Origin: Takakia lepidozioides | Taxonomy: Eukaryota; Plantae; Bryophyta | Reading direction: 5' to 3' | DNA length: 64,000 nucleotides | NCBI GenBank assembly: GCA_030704615.1 | Contig: CM060731.1 | Coordinates: 5,022,001 to 5,086,000 of the forward strand | Shown: positions 51,556 to 63,300 of the stretch, one piece after another | How the letters are laid out: every line of letters begins with the position of its first letter | How positions within the stretch are numbered: position 1 is the first letter of the stretch | The notes under the pieces: generated by a model | Seen by the model: the letters and a program-made list of their open reading frames with translations, nothing else | Databases searched by the model: none | What the model was told of the DNA's origin: nothing | Program-made: the position numbers and the translations under genes

Positions 51556-51915
51556 GGCGAGGGCGCAGTCTATGCGACAGCTGCAAAATCAAGTTGGGTT
51601 CTATCAACGGACAATCAAGTTGGATTCCTTGCCATTTCTCTGTTTTTCAAATTTCGGGCTGTTGTCTATCCGTTAACCCCTTGTGTTACCCCCCTTGTCT
51701 CTCATGTGGCGTGTAACCCATAGTGTAACCCACCTACAGAGGACCCCTTTTACAAATCCCTATGGTGTGTAACCCACCTCTGTGTAACCCCGTGTAGCCC
51801 ACCTTCCTTGTAACCCATTTTCATGTGTAATCCCTCGTGCTGTAACCCTTTTCTCTAGTGTAACCCCTCACGCTGTATTGCGCAAGGAGCTCGACATCAT
51901 CTTAGAAGCGATGAT

Positions 51916-52623
51916 ATGGACAGTGTTGTTGCTGCCCACAAGGCGTTTACAGTCCAGCCGGATCATGGTCCGTTAATGATAGAGGAATTGAATCGGGTGA
52001 AGAAGTATTTAGAGAGCATTGGGCATCCTGACATGCCAAAGCAGAAAAAGAAAAAAGGTGGGAGACTTACACGAGTCCATCGAGAGAGCCAAGCCTCACA
52101 TGATGATGACACGATGGACGAACCAATTGTTGGCAATACCGACCTTGACGATGCCAGAACTTCAAATCCTCTTGTCATCACTATTACTGTAGATGGAATC
52201 AAAGGTTTGGTTGTTCCAGATCCGTTGGAATTCACTCGTGGTTTTGCCGAAGGATTGATCAGTCAAATGGAGAATCTCACCAAACCGCACATTGGACCGC
52301 CACAACTCCTTTTGAGAATTTTGGCCCACAACGATGTAAGAAATCATGGCAGGTCAGTTTCCCAAACGCATCCCAGGTTGGGGTTTACGACTGAACTTCT
52401 GGAAAGTGCTCTTACAGCCTCAAAGGTGAAGGACCTGGTCGATGAGTATTACGGCTTTAGTCTGATGTACTTTGCGACCTTGGATTCTGAGCTCGAGGAC
52501 TTAAGATCGAGTTTGAGTACAGAAGAGTGGGGTGACCGGTCAATTAAGATCAACGGAGCTATACAGTTTTGCAAGGCAAGCTGTCGTCGCGCCGCCCATC
52601 ACTTTACGATCCAACAGAAATAA
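51916..52623 (+). CDS. Unassigned ORF/exon with NLS-like KQKKKKGGR, probably part of the same TE gene
   Basis: 235-aa open frame with protein-like composition, flanked by GTAACCC-rich intron-like tracts. No domain recognised. Confidence 0.35.
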   Translation: MDSVVAAHKAFTVQPDHGPLMIEELNRVKKYLESIGHPDMPKQKKKKGGRLTRVHRESQASHDDDTMDEPIVGNTDLDDARTSNPLVITITVDGIKGLVVPDPLEFTRGFAEGLISQMENLTKPHIGPPQLLLRILAHNDVRNHGRSVSQTHPRLGFTTELLESALTASKVKDLVDEYYGFSLMYFATLDSELEDLRSSLSTEEWGDRSIKINGAIQFCKASCRRAAHHFTIQQK

Positions 52624-55058
52624 TCGTTTATCCAGCTTTGGTGTTATGGCCTCTTCAGCGAATCATCAACAGAAATGGACTTCAATGCGCGTTTTGGCAT
52701 CTAGTATATGAGAGACCTTGGGTCTGTAGTGCCTTGGTATCTCTGTAAGTGTTACTCCATCCACTGTCACCCCTCTCGTCGTGTAACCCCTTTGTGTGTA
52801 ATCCTGTAATCAGTGTAACCCTCGCTATGTGGAACCCTATACTCAGTGTAACCCTCACTGTGTGTAAACCTGTAATCAGTGTAACCCTCGGAGTATGTAA
52901 CCTTGTAATCAGTTTACCCCTAATGGTACCCCTCGCTGTGTTACCCTAGATTTGTTACCTTCTCGTTGTGTAATCTCAGTAGTAACCCAGGTAGTGTAAC
53001 CCATTGCAAACTACTGTCTCTAACAGGGTGGTGTAACCCACATCATGTAATCCGAACCACTGTCTTGTCCTAGTCAGTGTAACCTTTACATAGTGTAACC
53101 CTTGCACTTTCAAAAACCTCGTTCCACGACTAAAAACCTTTGTCTTTTCCCTGATGCAGATGAGTCCGAGCTCATGACCAATCAAGTCGCCAATGCGTTC
53201 AAAAACCTTTTTGAGGCTCAACGTGAGCTTCACGAAGTTGTGTATGGGGCCCCTCCACAATGCGATACAGGGGGCACAGGTGGCGCGCAGACGAGCGATG
53301 GGCCCTCTGTGTTACAGGATGAGGAGATGGTTAAACCTCGTCTTTGTTCAATTTCCGCCCCGTGGAGCGATGATGTACATGACGAGGACATCATTCCAAG
53401 TCAATCTGCCGTTGTATCTTTGTCGCAGGTTGGTGAATTGTACTCAACCCAGCTGCACTTAGGGGTGAACCTAGCAGACTTGACGCGAGATTTGCCCGTG
53501 AATTCTGATACTGATACTGAAGATGATACATCAAGGTGGAACACCCAGTGCGAACCTCTTTGTCCGCAGCCCCAGTCATTTCTTTTGGAGATCTTAATCA
53601 AAGAATCCGGGACCCGCTTGACCCAGAGTCTGTGTATGACTTTGAATCTGGAGATGTTGAGTTGAACCCTCCATGCAACAATGTAAGTATTTGTCAGGAT
53701 CATGTGGTCAACCTCTCTCAGAATGACCCAGCCTTCATGGGTCACATTGATGCGCAGGGTGACACTGCAAGGGGGGGAGGCCTTGAAACCGAGGGTTACA
53801 ATGTACCTGAGGGTGACACTGCGCAAAGAGGAGCAACAGGGAAGGAGGGTTACAGACACCTCAGGGTGACACTGCGGATACCGGTGTGGCTTGGACAGTG
53901 CCGTGAAGGACATTGTCGTGGGTGACACACCATGGCCGTGAACACTGCAACTTCCGTGAGAGTGACATTGACATGGGTTACACTGATAGGGGTGACACCC
54001 CACAGCCAACCCACATGGCAGATGTCCATGAGTGTAACACTACCATGGATGACATTCCACTACCACTAGTCGCGGAGGGTGACACTCTTTTGCCACGGCC
54101 ACTAGTCGCGGCGGATGATGCTCTTCCGCCAGTCAACATGGTCTTGGAGGGTGCGGAGAAGGGCGATACAATCAAGGATGGCATTGAGGAGGTTGATGCA
54201 AAGTAGAGTGACATCGACAGGGTGACACGGGGAAGGGTGTCACCGAGGAGGTTGTCAGTTGGAAGGGTAACACAGAGCAGGGTCACACTGAAAGCGTTTC
54301 ACTGTGGAGAGTCACGAAGAGAGGATTTGCGGAGCATCGTGACACTGAGAAAGGTGACACTGCCAAGGGTGACACACATAAGATTGTTACTTAGCAGGAT
54401 GACACTGGGAAGGAACCCGATGAGAAGGGTGACACTACGAAGAGTGACACTGATAATGCGGCCAAAGAGAAGGGTAACACTGAGAAGGTAGTCGGAGAGA
54501 AGGGGGACACTGAGATGCGTGACACTGAGGAGGTAGCCAAAGATAAGGGTGACACTAAGAAGAGTGACACTGAGGAGGTAGCCGAAGAGAAGGGTCACTG
54601 ACAGGGTTAGCACCGAGGAGGTGAGCTGTGACACTCTGCCCTTGGTCAGTCACCTCCCCAGCACGTCTCAGACGAGGGAGTGCAGTCTTTAGCAATTGCA
54701 GCAAACTCAGAACAAGGCACCTCTGGCTCAGAAATCCCCCCTACCGACGCATTTGTGAGGGTTGCAAAGAATCCCAGGAGGTCAAAACGGCGCCTGCTCA
54801 AGAAGAAAACGGTTGGCTGAACCCCCTATGCGCTGACAAAGAAGTACCCGTTCTTGTCGCACCCAAAAAAGCAGGACAACCAATCGAAAGGCAAAAGTGC
54901 GGGGTCTTGGAGGTTGACGTTGGTCCAGCAGAAGAGATCATGCCAAGCACGCGGGATTGCGTTCGAGGTACCTCATTGTACTTTGATCCTCTCTGATTTG
55001 AATATTGATTATAACTCTTGTATATGAATCGTAAATGTTCGTAATGTTTGTTGTGCAG

Positions 55059-56108
55059 ACTACAAAAACAACGGTAGTGACAAAGTTCAGAATGGTGTCG
55101 GACCCTCCTGGGGGCGCCAAAGTGAAGTTTTATTATGGCGATGCCTTCCTGGCTTCTACCCCGTTACAATTTACTTGGAAGAGAGGAGATTTTGAGCCGA
55201 TGTATAAAATAAGAGCAACTGTCACAGATGCATTGCTCTAGGGTTACAACAAACTTCTGGAGGCCAAATTGTTTAAGGCTATCGCACCTGAGTTTGTCAT
55301 CTGTGCTCCTTTCCAATGGCATGTCATGCGTACCAATGGTAACGATCTGTAGAGCTTATTCGGGTTGGTGCAAGAATGGTCCACTCAGGATGCCCGAGGG
55401 ATGGTGTTCACCAAGAATCGAGATCTTGTGGACGTGGGTTGTCATCCCTATTGTCTTCGAGTAAGTAATTTCAGCGTTGACTGAGTATGTTGGGTTACAC
55501 CCTCTATTCTAACATTGAGTTGCACTAGTGAACTGCTGACTAGTTGTGTCACACCGTTTAGAGTACAGTACAAAGGGTTACACTACTGGGTTACAAACCA
55601 CAACCGGTTACACCACAATGGGTTTCATTGGAGAATTTTTTTTTCTATTCTGACGTAAGGCTTTGTTTGTGTTTCAGTGATCACTGAAAGTGTTTGCTTG
55701 TTTAGAGCGCCGAGGTTGGATAGTACATTTGGACTCCCGTAAAAACCATTGCCCGACCCAACTCATTGAAGGAATTTTGCGAAATTTTGCATAGCGTCTT
55801 TGATTTCATGCCTGGATCTGATGACTTCAGTTACGTCATGGAGAGGATGGAATGGTTTGAGGCCAGTGTCCCCCAACAATGGAGCTGTTGGGAGTGCGGC
55901 TATTATGCACTTTGTTTTGTGCAATTGTAATTAGTGGAGCTGGAAGTTCAATGTGAAAACCACAGAAGACGAACCCGTCATAGCGAGGCGGGGGGCGTTT
56001 ACTGCAAGTTGGTTCAACGAGTCAACCATGATAGCTTCCCATACTCATATGATTAGTTGGCTATGTGACGAGAGGACAAAGACTTTGGTCAGATGGCCAA
56101 CGAATAAA
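55059..56108 (+). pseudogene. Ulp1/C48-like (SUMO) cysteine protease remnant of a DNA transposon
   Basis: Spliced across the intron 55461-55677 it reads VVIPIVFDDH*KCLLV (HW motif, W mutated to stop), then VHLDS, then VPQQWSCWECGYYALCF (55868-55920). This is the His-Asp-Cys triad pattern, with several stops and frameshifts. Confidence 0.75.
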
Positions 56109-56634
56109 TAGCGTCTCTTGATGCATTTTTGCTTCTATTGGTTTGTTTCGTAACACTCATAGTTTGGGTTTCATGCAATGGGGCTACATGGGTTACACCT
56201 TATAAAGGTTTACATGAAAGTGGAGGTCATAGACAAGTACTTGTGTACAACTTGGGCTGGGGACCAATGGGCTCTTACACTCTGTGGGTTCACACATGAG
56301 TGAGGGGGTTACACTGTGTCGGTTCTCACAACGTGGGGTTAAGGCAATGGGCCTCTCAGGTTACATGGTTGGGCCTTCATGTCTATGTCAGGGTCACGTT
56401 GCTGAAACAGTATAGTTTCAGTTGGCACTGTAACCCCACCTTGAACTAGTGTGCACTTGTTTTTTTTTTTTTTTTTTTTTATAAAATTCAATTATAAATA
56501 AATTTTTCGCACTGAAGTGTTTGTGCACTGAAGTTCTCAGATTTATACTACATGGGGTTACATACATGAGGGCTATGTACAATGGGTTACATATGATGGG
56601 GTCACAATAGTGTGGGGGTAACATCTAGTCAGGC

Positions 56635-56910
56635 GGGGAATGCTTGCGCGTGAGCCTGTGAGCCTGTGAGCCTGGCTAGGCTCACGCCACGTCAGTAAGC
56701 ATCCACGTGTTCAGGCCCTATTTCCGTGCTTCCCCCCCCCCTATTACCGCGGATCAGCTGTCGCCTATGTCCTAATTTTTATCCCTCTTCATTGCCCCCA
56801 CATGAATATTCTTTGTGGCCGAGAACAATGGCAGGTTTGCGAATGAATTATGATTGAGGTCATGACTTTGGAATGAGGAGATCGCCCACTAGAGAACTGA
56901 ATATTAAAAG
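56635..56910 (+). mobile_element. Transposon terminus GGGGAATGCTTGCGCGTGAGCC..., homologous to 11050-11331
   Basis: Reverse-complement match to 11331-11050 with one extra GTGAGCCT unit. The terminus starts about 440 bp beyond the 3' end of ParB-like copy 2. Confidence 0.75.
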
Positions 56911-57073
56911 CAAACATTTTTTTTTGGCAAAGCAGTACATTCATTCCAACACACAAACATTTTTCAATTCCGCAATCCGAAGACCTACCCTAGGCAATCC
57001 CTAACTGTACTTACGGGAACGCGCAAAGAACTTGAAAAACAGTTTGGGGATGGAAGCAAAACCAAAACACAAT

Positions 57074-60000
57074 TTATTGAGCCTCGGTACTTGAATCTAA
57101 AGAAATATTGGAGGTTTCAAAGGAACCACTTCCAGAGTTTACAGCAATATCATCTATGAATACAGCAGCACATCCATGACGTTTTTTTTTTCCACGACCT
57201 TCATGGAGATGCGAATACAGTGTTTGTTCGGATAACACCCGTGCGCAAGCTTCCGCGTAAACCGGCAAGCGGTTGGATCTCAGGAATGTCCAGCACCACA
57301 AGGTTAGTCGCGTATGCCTGCTGAACTCCATTCACCCATTCCGGACTTTTTGTGACCTACAGCAAAAAACAGTGTAAGAAGCCCAATCCAAATCTAACAG
57401 GAGATCAATCCCCTGGACAAGCCACAACAAGTTGCCAAAACACAATTATTCATACAACAGTTTAGACATAAGTGCTTACCTGAGTGAGGAACGAAACAAG
57501 CATGTCCCATGATTTCGAGGGCACCCCTTTGAATGTGGACTTCCTGGACTCCATCATTGCAAGAAAACTTTCATTCTAGCACCTTACGATTGAACTGGCC
57601 CAAAACCCTGGAGGGATGTTCTCTCGCCTCGAAAACTTGCTCCCTCGGCTTTGATGTTCTCATATCCCTCCTTGTGGGAGAAGGCTGTCTTTCAGGAACC
57701 TCTGACGGTCCCTGTCCTTGCGGAGCTGCACTTTTCCCCTTCCCCTTCAGATCCCCGACAATCTTCCCCTTTCGTTTTGGAGTAGCAGTTTTCTCGGGCT
57801 CTTTTGAGAGCAGAAATGATTCTGTCCTGGATGTCTTTGTCAGCCAATGGGGCAATTGCTGCATTGTCGTTCAGGTTTCTCAAAACAACTTCATCGAATG
57901 GTATGTCCTGTTTTGGCAGGTCGAGGTACCACCCACAGTCTCTGAAGTGCGCCCTGCTCCAGTCTCTGGCAATACCAGCCGTGTACATTGTCTTGTCATT
58001 GGAGGGGTCAGCCCACGAATAGATGAAGTCTGGGTCATCGCTAAGGTACTTTCCCGGTATGAGGATATGATACATATACCTGAATCACACACCAAAAACC
58101 CAGACAGTCATTTGATCTGAAAATGAAAAAGAACACACATCCGGAAAAAGATATTGAAATGCAGGAAGACAACACTCAGAAATGAACTTTTGCAATCCCG
58201 AATCAACCTTGCGTTGACGCAATGTTGATTCGAGCAAAAATGGGAAACACCAAATGATAATGTTGTATTGATAGAGACAACGACTGACAAGCGCAATTCA
58301 ACATTGCTTCAAAGCAAGGTTGTTTTCATTCACAGAGGAAATGGAAAACACTGCTTGAAACTACCATGTGACTATGTACTGGTGCAGATATTCAACATTG
58401 CGTTGGCGCAATGTTGAAATCCTCTGTTGAAACACATGTCAATGGTATCTGATAATCATAAGTTTCCTACAATTGTATGGAAATCGGGAGATTGTTGCGG
58501 GACATTTCCAGCAATCCATACCGCCAAACAACGTTGCGTCAACGCAAGTCTGTTTGTTGGTACAGTGAAAGCTGTAAATAGCATTTCAAACAGACTCCAA
58601 ACAGTCTTATGTTCATCTTGGCAGCATTAGAACTGGATTTGAACTACCCAAAACCACAGGAAAAGCTACATAGCCTGCCACTTCATCAACCTTTGCGTTG
58701 ACGCAAGGCTGATTTTCCTGTCAGTTTATCCCCTTTCACATGCAGAAAAACGGCATTATGGGATACCCTGGTATAGGTACCTGAAACCGGGGCAATGGGA
58801 TACAACCTTGCGTTAACGCAATGTTGCTCGACTGCACATGCAGAGCCCTCAGAGATCCCTCAAAGCCCTGCAAATTCGCAATTCTTTATGGAAACGAACG
58901 ACACAAGAATGTAGAAACATACCCTTCAAGTACCAAAATTTGATTCAAGGAGGTCACACCTGTACAACACTCGTTTCATTGCTTGCTCGCTGTTGTACTG
59001 GTTTTTGAATTCGTACGACCTGGAGATTCCTTTGTCTTTCTCAAACTCCCTGAAGAAGCAGTTTTTCCAGACAGCGAGCTTCCATCTCCTGATGTAGGCC
59101 TCCAGTGTGATCCGGGGGCAAGCCATCTGGATGTTATAGTCTGCCATCGACTCAGCAAGTGCAGCCACTGCACGTTTTTCCAACTGCAACAAGAAAGCTC
59201 ATGAGAATTTGGGAGAGGTTACGGAGCAGCAACACAAATGTCTGAAAATGGTTTGGTGGAAACCTTACCTGGCTCCAGAATGTGGCTTTGTGTAGCCACT
59301 GGTCGAATGTGTGTGGTCGCTAAAAAACTTTTATTGCTTGTGTCTTCGGGTCCCTCTCTGGAGTTGGGAACATGTTCGTGTCTCTCACAAGAGGATCCGA
59401 ATTCCATATCTCCAACCACCTTTTGGTTGCATTGTCCACCATTGAAATGGAAATGCGATGTAGTTTCTCCTAAGTCATTTCTGGCTTGGAGCCATACTTG
59501 TCATAGTGTGCTTTCACCTGCTCCAGAAATTCCGTGCCAAGACCTGGATCTGCTATCCGGATTTGTTTGTCGAATGCACTCATGAGGTTCTTCCTTTGAT
59601 TATTCATCTCGAACTTCATCATGTCCTCAAGCCCAGTTGCAGACCGCTGCTCTTCTGTGTGGGAATCATAGTACTCTGCTTTCGCCTTCAAACCAGTTTC
59701 TGCTATTTCTTGCTGCATACATTACAGGTAAAAAGAATCAAACACGGCGTTTCTTCACAAAATTTGCAGTAATAACAAGCAAACACGTGTCAAGAAGCTT
59801 ACAGTGTACATGTAGTCAAGAAAAGCCTCCCTTGTCAAGCTGTACCATGTGCTTGTCTTCTTCTCAGCACACCCTCTTCATCTGCTGAGGACTGAGCACG
59901 TTCGTGAATGACTCCAGTGGCATCAGCCCTACCTTCTGGATGCGGAATAGAGTGTGGCAAAGATTGGTCGTCACATGAGATGTTTCATTGGACCTGGAAT

Positions 60001-60390
60001 AACCTTCAACTCATAAGATGATTTCAAATTGTCGAAACGCGGAACAGACACAAAGTTGGAAACTTACTTGTTTATGTCGTGCATGGCTGTCAAGAGCTGC
60101 GTGACACGTCCTTTGTGATCGAGAACCATGGAAACCACGCTCCAGTGCCATTCGATCTTGTCCGAGTGCAAGCTTGATATGTAATCCATCCAGGCAAGCA
60201 GTCTGTGGTTCCCATCCCAGACAAAAAATATCTTTCCCATGAATGCTTTTGTGGAGGCCTTTTTGGACAGCTTAAACTCGAACTCCCTATTTACATCCCG
60301 CCAGCATGCATCCCAACTTTGCTCAATGTCCTCTGTTACAAGACACTCCTCTCTTTTCGTGTTCATAGTGGATACGTAGAACACTGCTGG
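57074..60390 (-). pseudogene. ParB/MTase-like TE gene, copy 2 (diverged subfamily; exons about 60390-60068, 59993-59803, 59712-59269, 59183-58960, 58079-57480, 57356-57074)
   Basis: FFVWDGNHRLLAWMDYI...AMHDINK, CHTLFRIQKVGLM, LMSAFDKQIRIADPGLGTEFL, LEAYIRRWK..WKNCFFREFEKD, HFRDCGWYLD, WVNGVQQAYATNLVVLDIPE. Intron positions match copies 1 and 3. It is 5'-truncated and frameshifted, and the MTase core appears deleted after DIPE. Confidence 0.8.
58199..58826. repeat. Intronic array of 6 palindromes, consensus CAACATTGCGT-TG-ACGCAATGTTG
   Basis: Copies near 58199, 58299, 58391, 58525, 58685 and 58803, inside intron 58080-58959 of copy 2. Confidence 0.9.
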
Positions 60391-63300
60391 TGGAAGCACG
60401 CGGAACGCCGAACCTGAAGAAGGTCAAGAAACCCTTGCGCAGACAGAAACTCCAGCAGATGTGAGAGGGAAGAGGAAAGCTGCAGAAGGGGATCAAAGTT
60501 CAAAACCTAAGAAGGTGCCAGTAAGTTTTATCATATAGTCTATGTGATTGCCTTTCAAGGAGTCCTTCCTCTTCCATTCTTTAGCAGGAACTACTGAATC
60601 GCGAGCGTCGTTAACGCCATTCGATTCTGCTCATGACATTTATGTACCTATGTGTTTGAAGAGAGAGTCTGCACTTACTATCCGCCCTAAACTACACTGA
60701 ATGTCGTTGCCGCCAATCAGTTGCACATGTATGTCATTACACAACACCGATCCGGCAGGTCGTTATCTTTTGTGATTGTCGTTAACGCCGTTCGCTATTG
60801 CTCTCGCTTTTGTTTTGAATACGACAGTCTCGGCTTTTCTTGTGTAGATTGTGCTGAATTCTTCACACCATTCATGGTGAGTTTCCTTGATACAGAGTGA
60901 TTGTCGTTACCGCCATTCACTATTTGCAAATGACTTAGTCAGAACTGAATGGCATCGTGCAGAAAACTGTGAGGTCGAAGCCTACAGGATCAGAGGGGAA
61001 AAGATCTGGAGATGGGGACGAGTCCGCAAAAAGCTCAGAGAATACAGATGAAGCAGATGAATCCGAAGTGCACTACCTTGACAAGGTGAAAGAACTCATG
61101 TCATTCCAGAAGGTAAACTCTCAGGAGGTTATAAGGGACATGCTCGTATCTGGAGGGCGTCTGGACATACCTCTGTGCCGGATGATATCAATGCCTGTTG
61201 TGCGTCCACCTCTTTCCCACGACATAACAAAATTGGAGAGTGATTTTGTGCATGGATATAGACTTGGTGCACAAGTTTTTTATGTGTCACTGACGGATAT
61301 AAATGGGAAAAGCACATTAGTTTCTCCAGAGATCAGTGATAACTGGGATGAGTGCTGGAAAGATGCCAATGAGGAGTTCGAGCTGGGCCTCATGATGGGA
61401 AAGAACACCCAGCAATTTTGCAACCACATGTTCTACGTCTGGGACGGCAACCACCGATTGCTGGCATGGATGGGATACATTCAGAAACACCATTCGAAAG
61501 ACAAAGACAAGCATGTTGCTGTGGAGGCAATGGTTTTGGATCCAGGAAACGACATCACTAGGCTTCTTACAGCTATGCACGACGTGAACAAGTAAGTCAT
61601 CCAGGAGATTTGATTCCCTCTGTAGTGTCTTGTTGATCCTCAAAAAACAGTGTTAAGGAATGCAATGTTTTCAATGTTTTGCAGATCGACAGAGAAATCG
61701 CATGTGACAACAAGCTTGGTTCACACACTATTCCGAATTCAGAGGATTGGTCTGATGAAGCTGGATGATTTTCGGACAGTACTACCACCCAATATCATCA
61801 AGAAGTGCGAAACAGGAAGAGCTGCAGGCACTTGGTATTCTTTGACACGAGAGGCGTTTCTGGAGTACATGTATGCGGTAAGCCCGAGTCTGTAATCTGT
61901 TTACTTTTCGAATACATGTTTAGAGTCCCTTCGGAGCTAATCACTACTTGAATGAATGCAGCAAGAACTGGCAGAGGCAGCTGAGAAGGGAAAATCCGAA
62001 TATTACCGCACTACACCAGAGGAACTAAGGACATCAAAGGGTGTGGAAGCTGCAATAAAGAAGGAGTTTGAGATGCGAAGAACCAAATTGATGTCAGCCT
62101 TCGGAAAGCAGCTTAGAATAGTAGATCTGGACTTGGTCCTGAGTTCCTTCAGCAGATCAAAACACACTATGACAAGCATGTGCATCCGGAGATGCAGCAG
62201 GAGAAATTGCACCGGCTGGCCATATCGATGGTCGACCCACAAACAAAAATAAGGTGGCTGGAGATATGGAACTCAGATCAAACAGTAAAGGACTTGAATC
62301 AGTTCCCAAAGAGCACCATACAGCCTGGCACAAAGGTGGAAGGAATCAGTGATTTGGTGTTTGATAACTGGCTCCACAAGGCTACATTTTGGAGTCAGGT
62401 GTGTATTCGAACATGCTGTTTCTTATCTTCAAGTATATGATGTGTTTCTTTTTGCAATTCTGACAAATATTCTATTTGCAGCTCGAAAAGCGCGCCGTCA
62501 TTGTGCTGGATCAGACTTTGAAGGACCTGAACATTGCGATTGTTTCCCCTCCCCAAATGTCATTGGAGGCATACATAAGGAAGTGGAGAGGTCTCACCTG
62601 GAGATACTGTTTTTTCCGGGAGTTCTCCAAAGATGGTAACATTTTACGGTCCAACGACTTTGACAGTCAGGTTGGAGGAGAGTGGGCCATGATGCGAGTT
62701 GTGTACAGGTGAAATGTCATACTTGAAACTCTACTGTTTTTTTGGGAAAAATTGTGGCTTCATATGGATTGCAATCTTAGATCCAGATTGAATGTCGTTG
62801 ACGACATTCACTTCTTTGTCTGAGTCATTCTTAAGCGAGTATATGAATTCACCTGGTTAGGATCTAAGGGTGCAATTATATTGTCCCTGAGTAGAATTGA
62901 TAATGTCCTTGAATGGCGTTGACGACATTCACATACGGAGTTGTTGTGTGGTCCTCAAGGTTATTTAAATTTTTGTAATGTCCATAGAGGATACAATGAG
63001 GGTTGATCACTTCATTTTGCTGAATGTCAATGCAGACATTCAGTTGTTCTGCATTGTTTTTTCCTCTTGCGATGAATATGGAGGCTTCATAAGCTCTGTT
63101 TTAAGAAATCCAAAGTGAATGTCGTTGACGACATTCACAGCTGTGTCTGTATTATTAAAAAACGACAAATTCAATTTCATGGATTGGGGAGCTAAGTAAT
63201 TGGTTTCTTTTTTGTATTTTTGTGAATGGCGTTGACGCCATTCACATACAGTGATGTTGTGAGGTCCTCAGTGATAGGTTCGTTATGAATGTGCATTGAG

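Noticed and set aside
11050-56910. One giant element bounded by the inverted 11.3-kb and 56.6-kb sequences and capturing the host genes
   Set aside because: The termini face the wrong way: each belongs to an element extending away from the central region, and the flanks are not a TSD pair.
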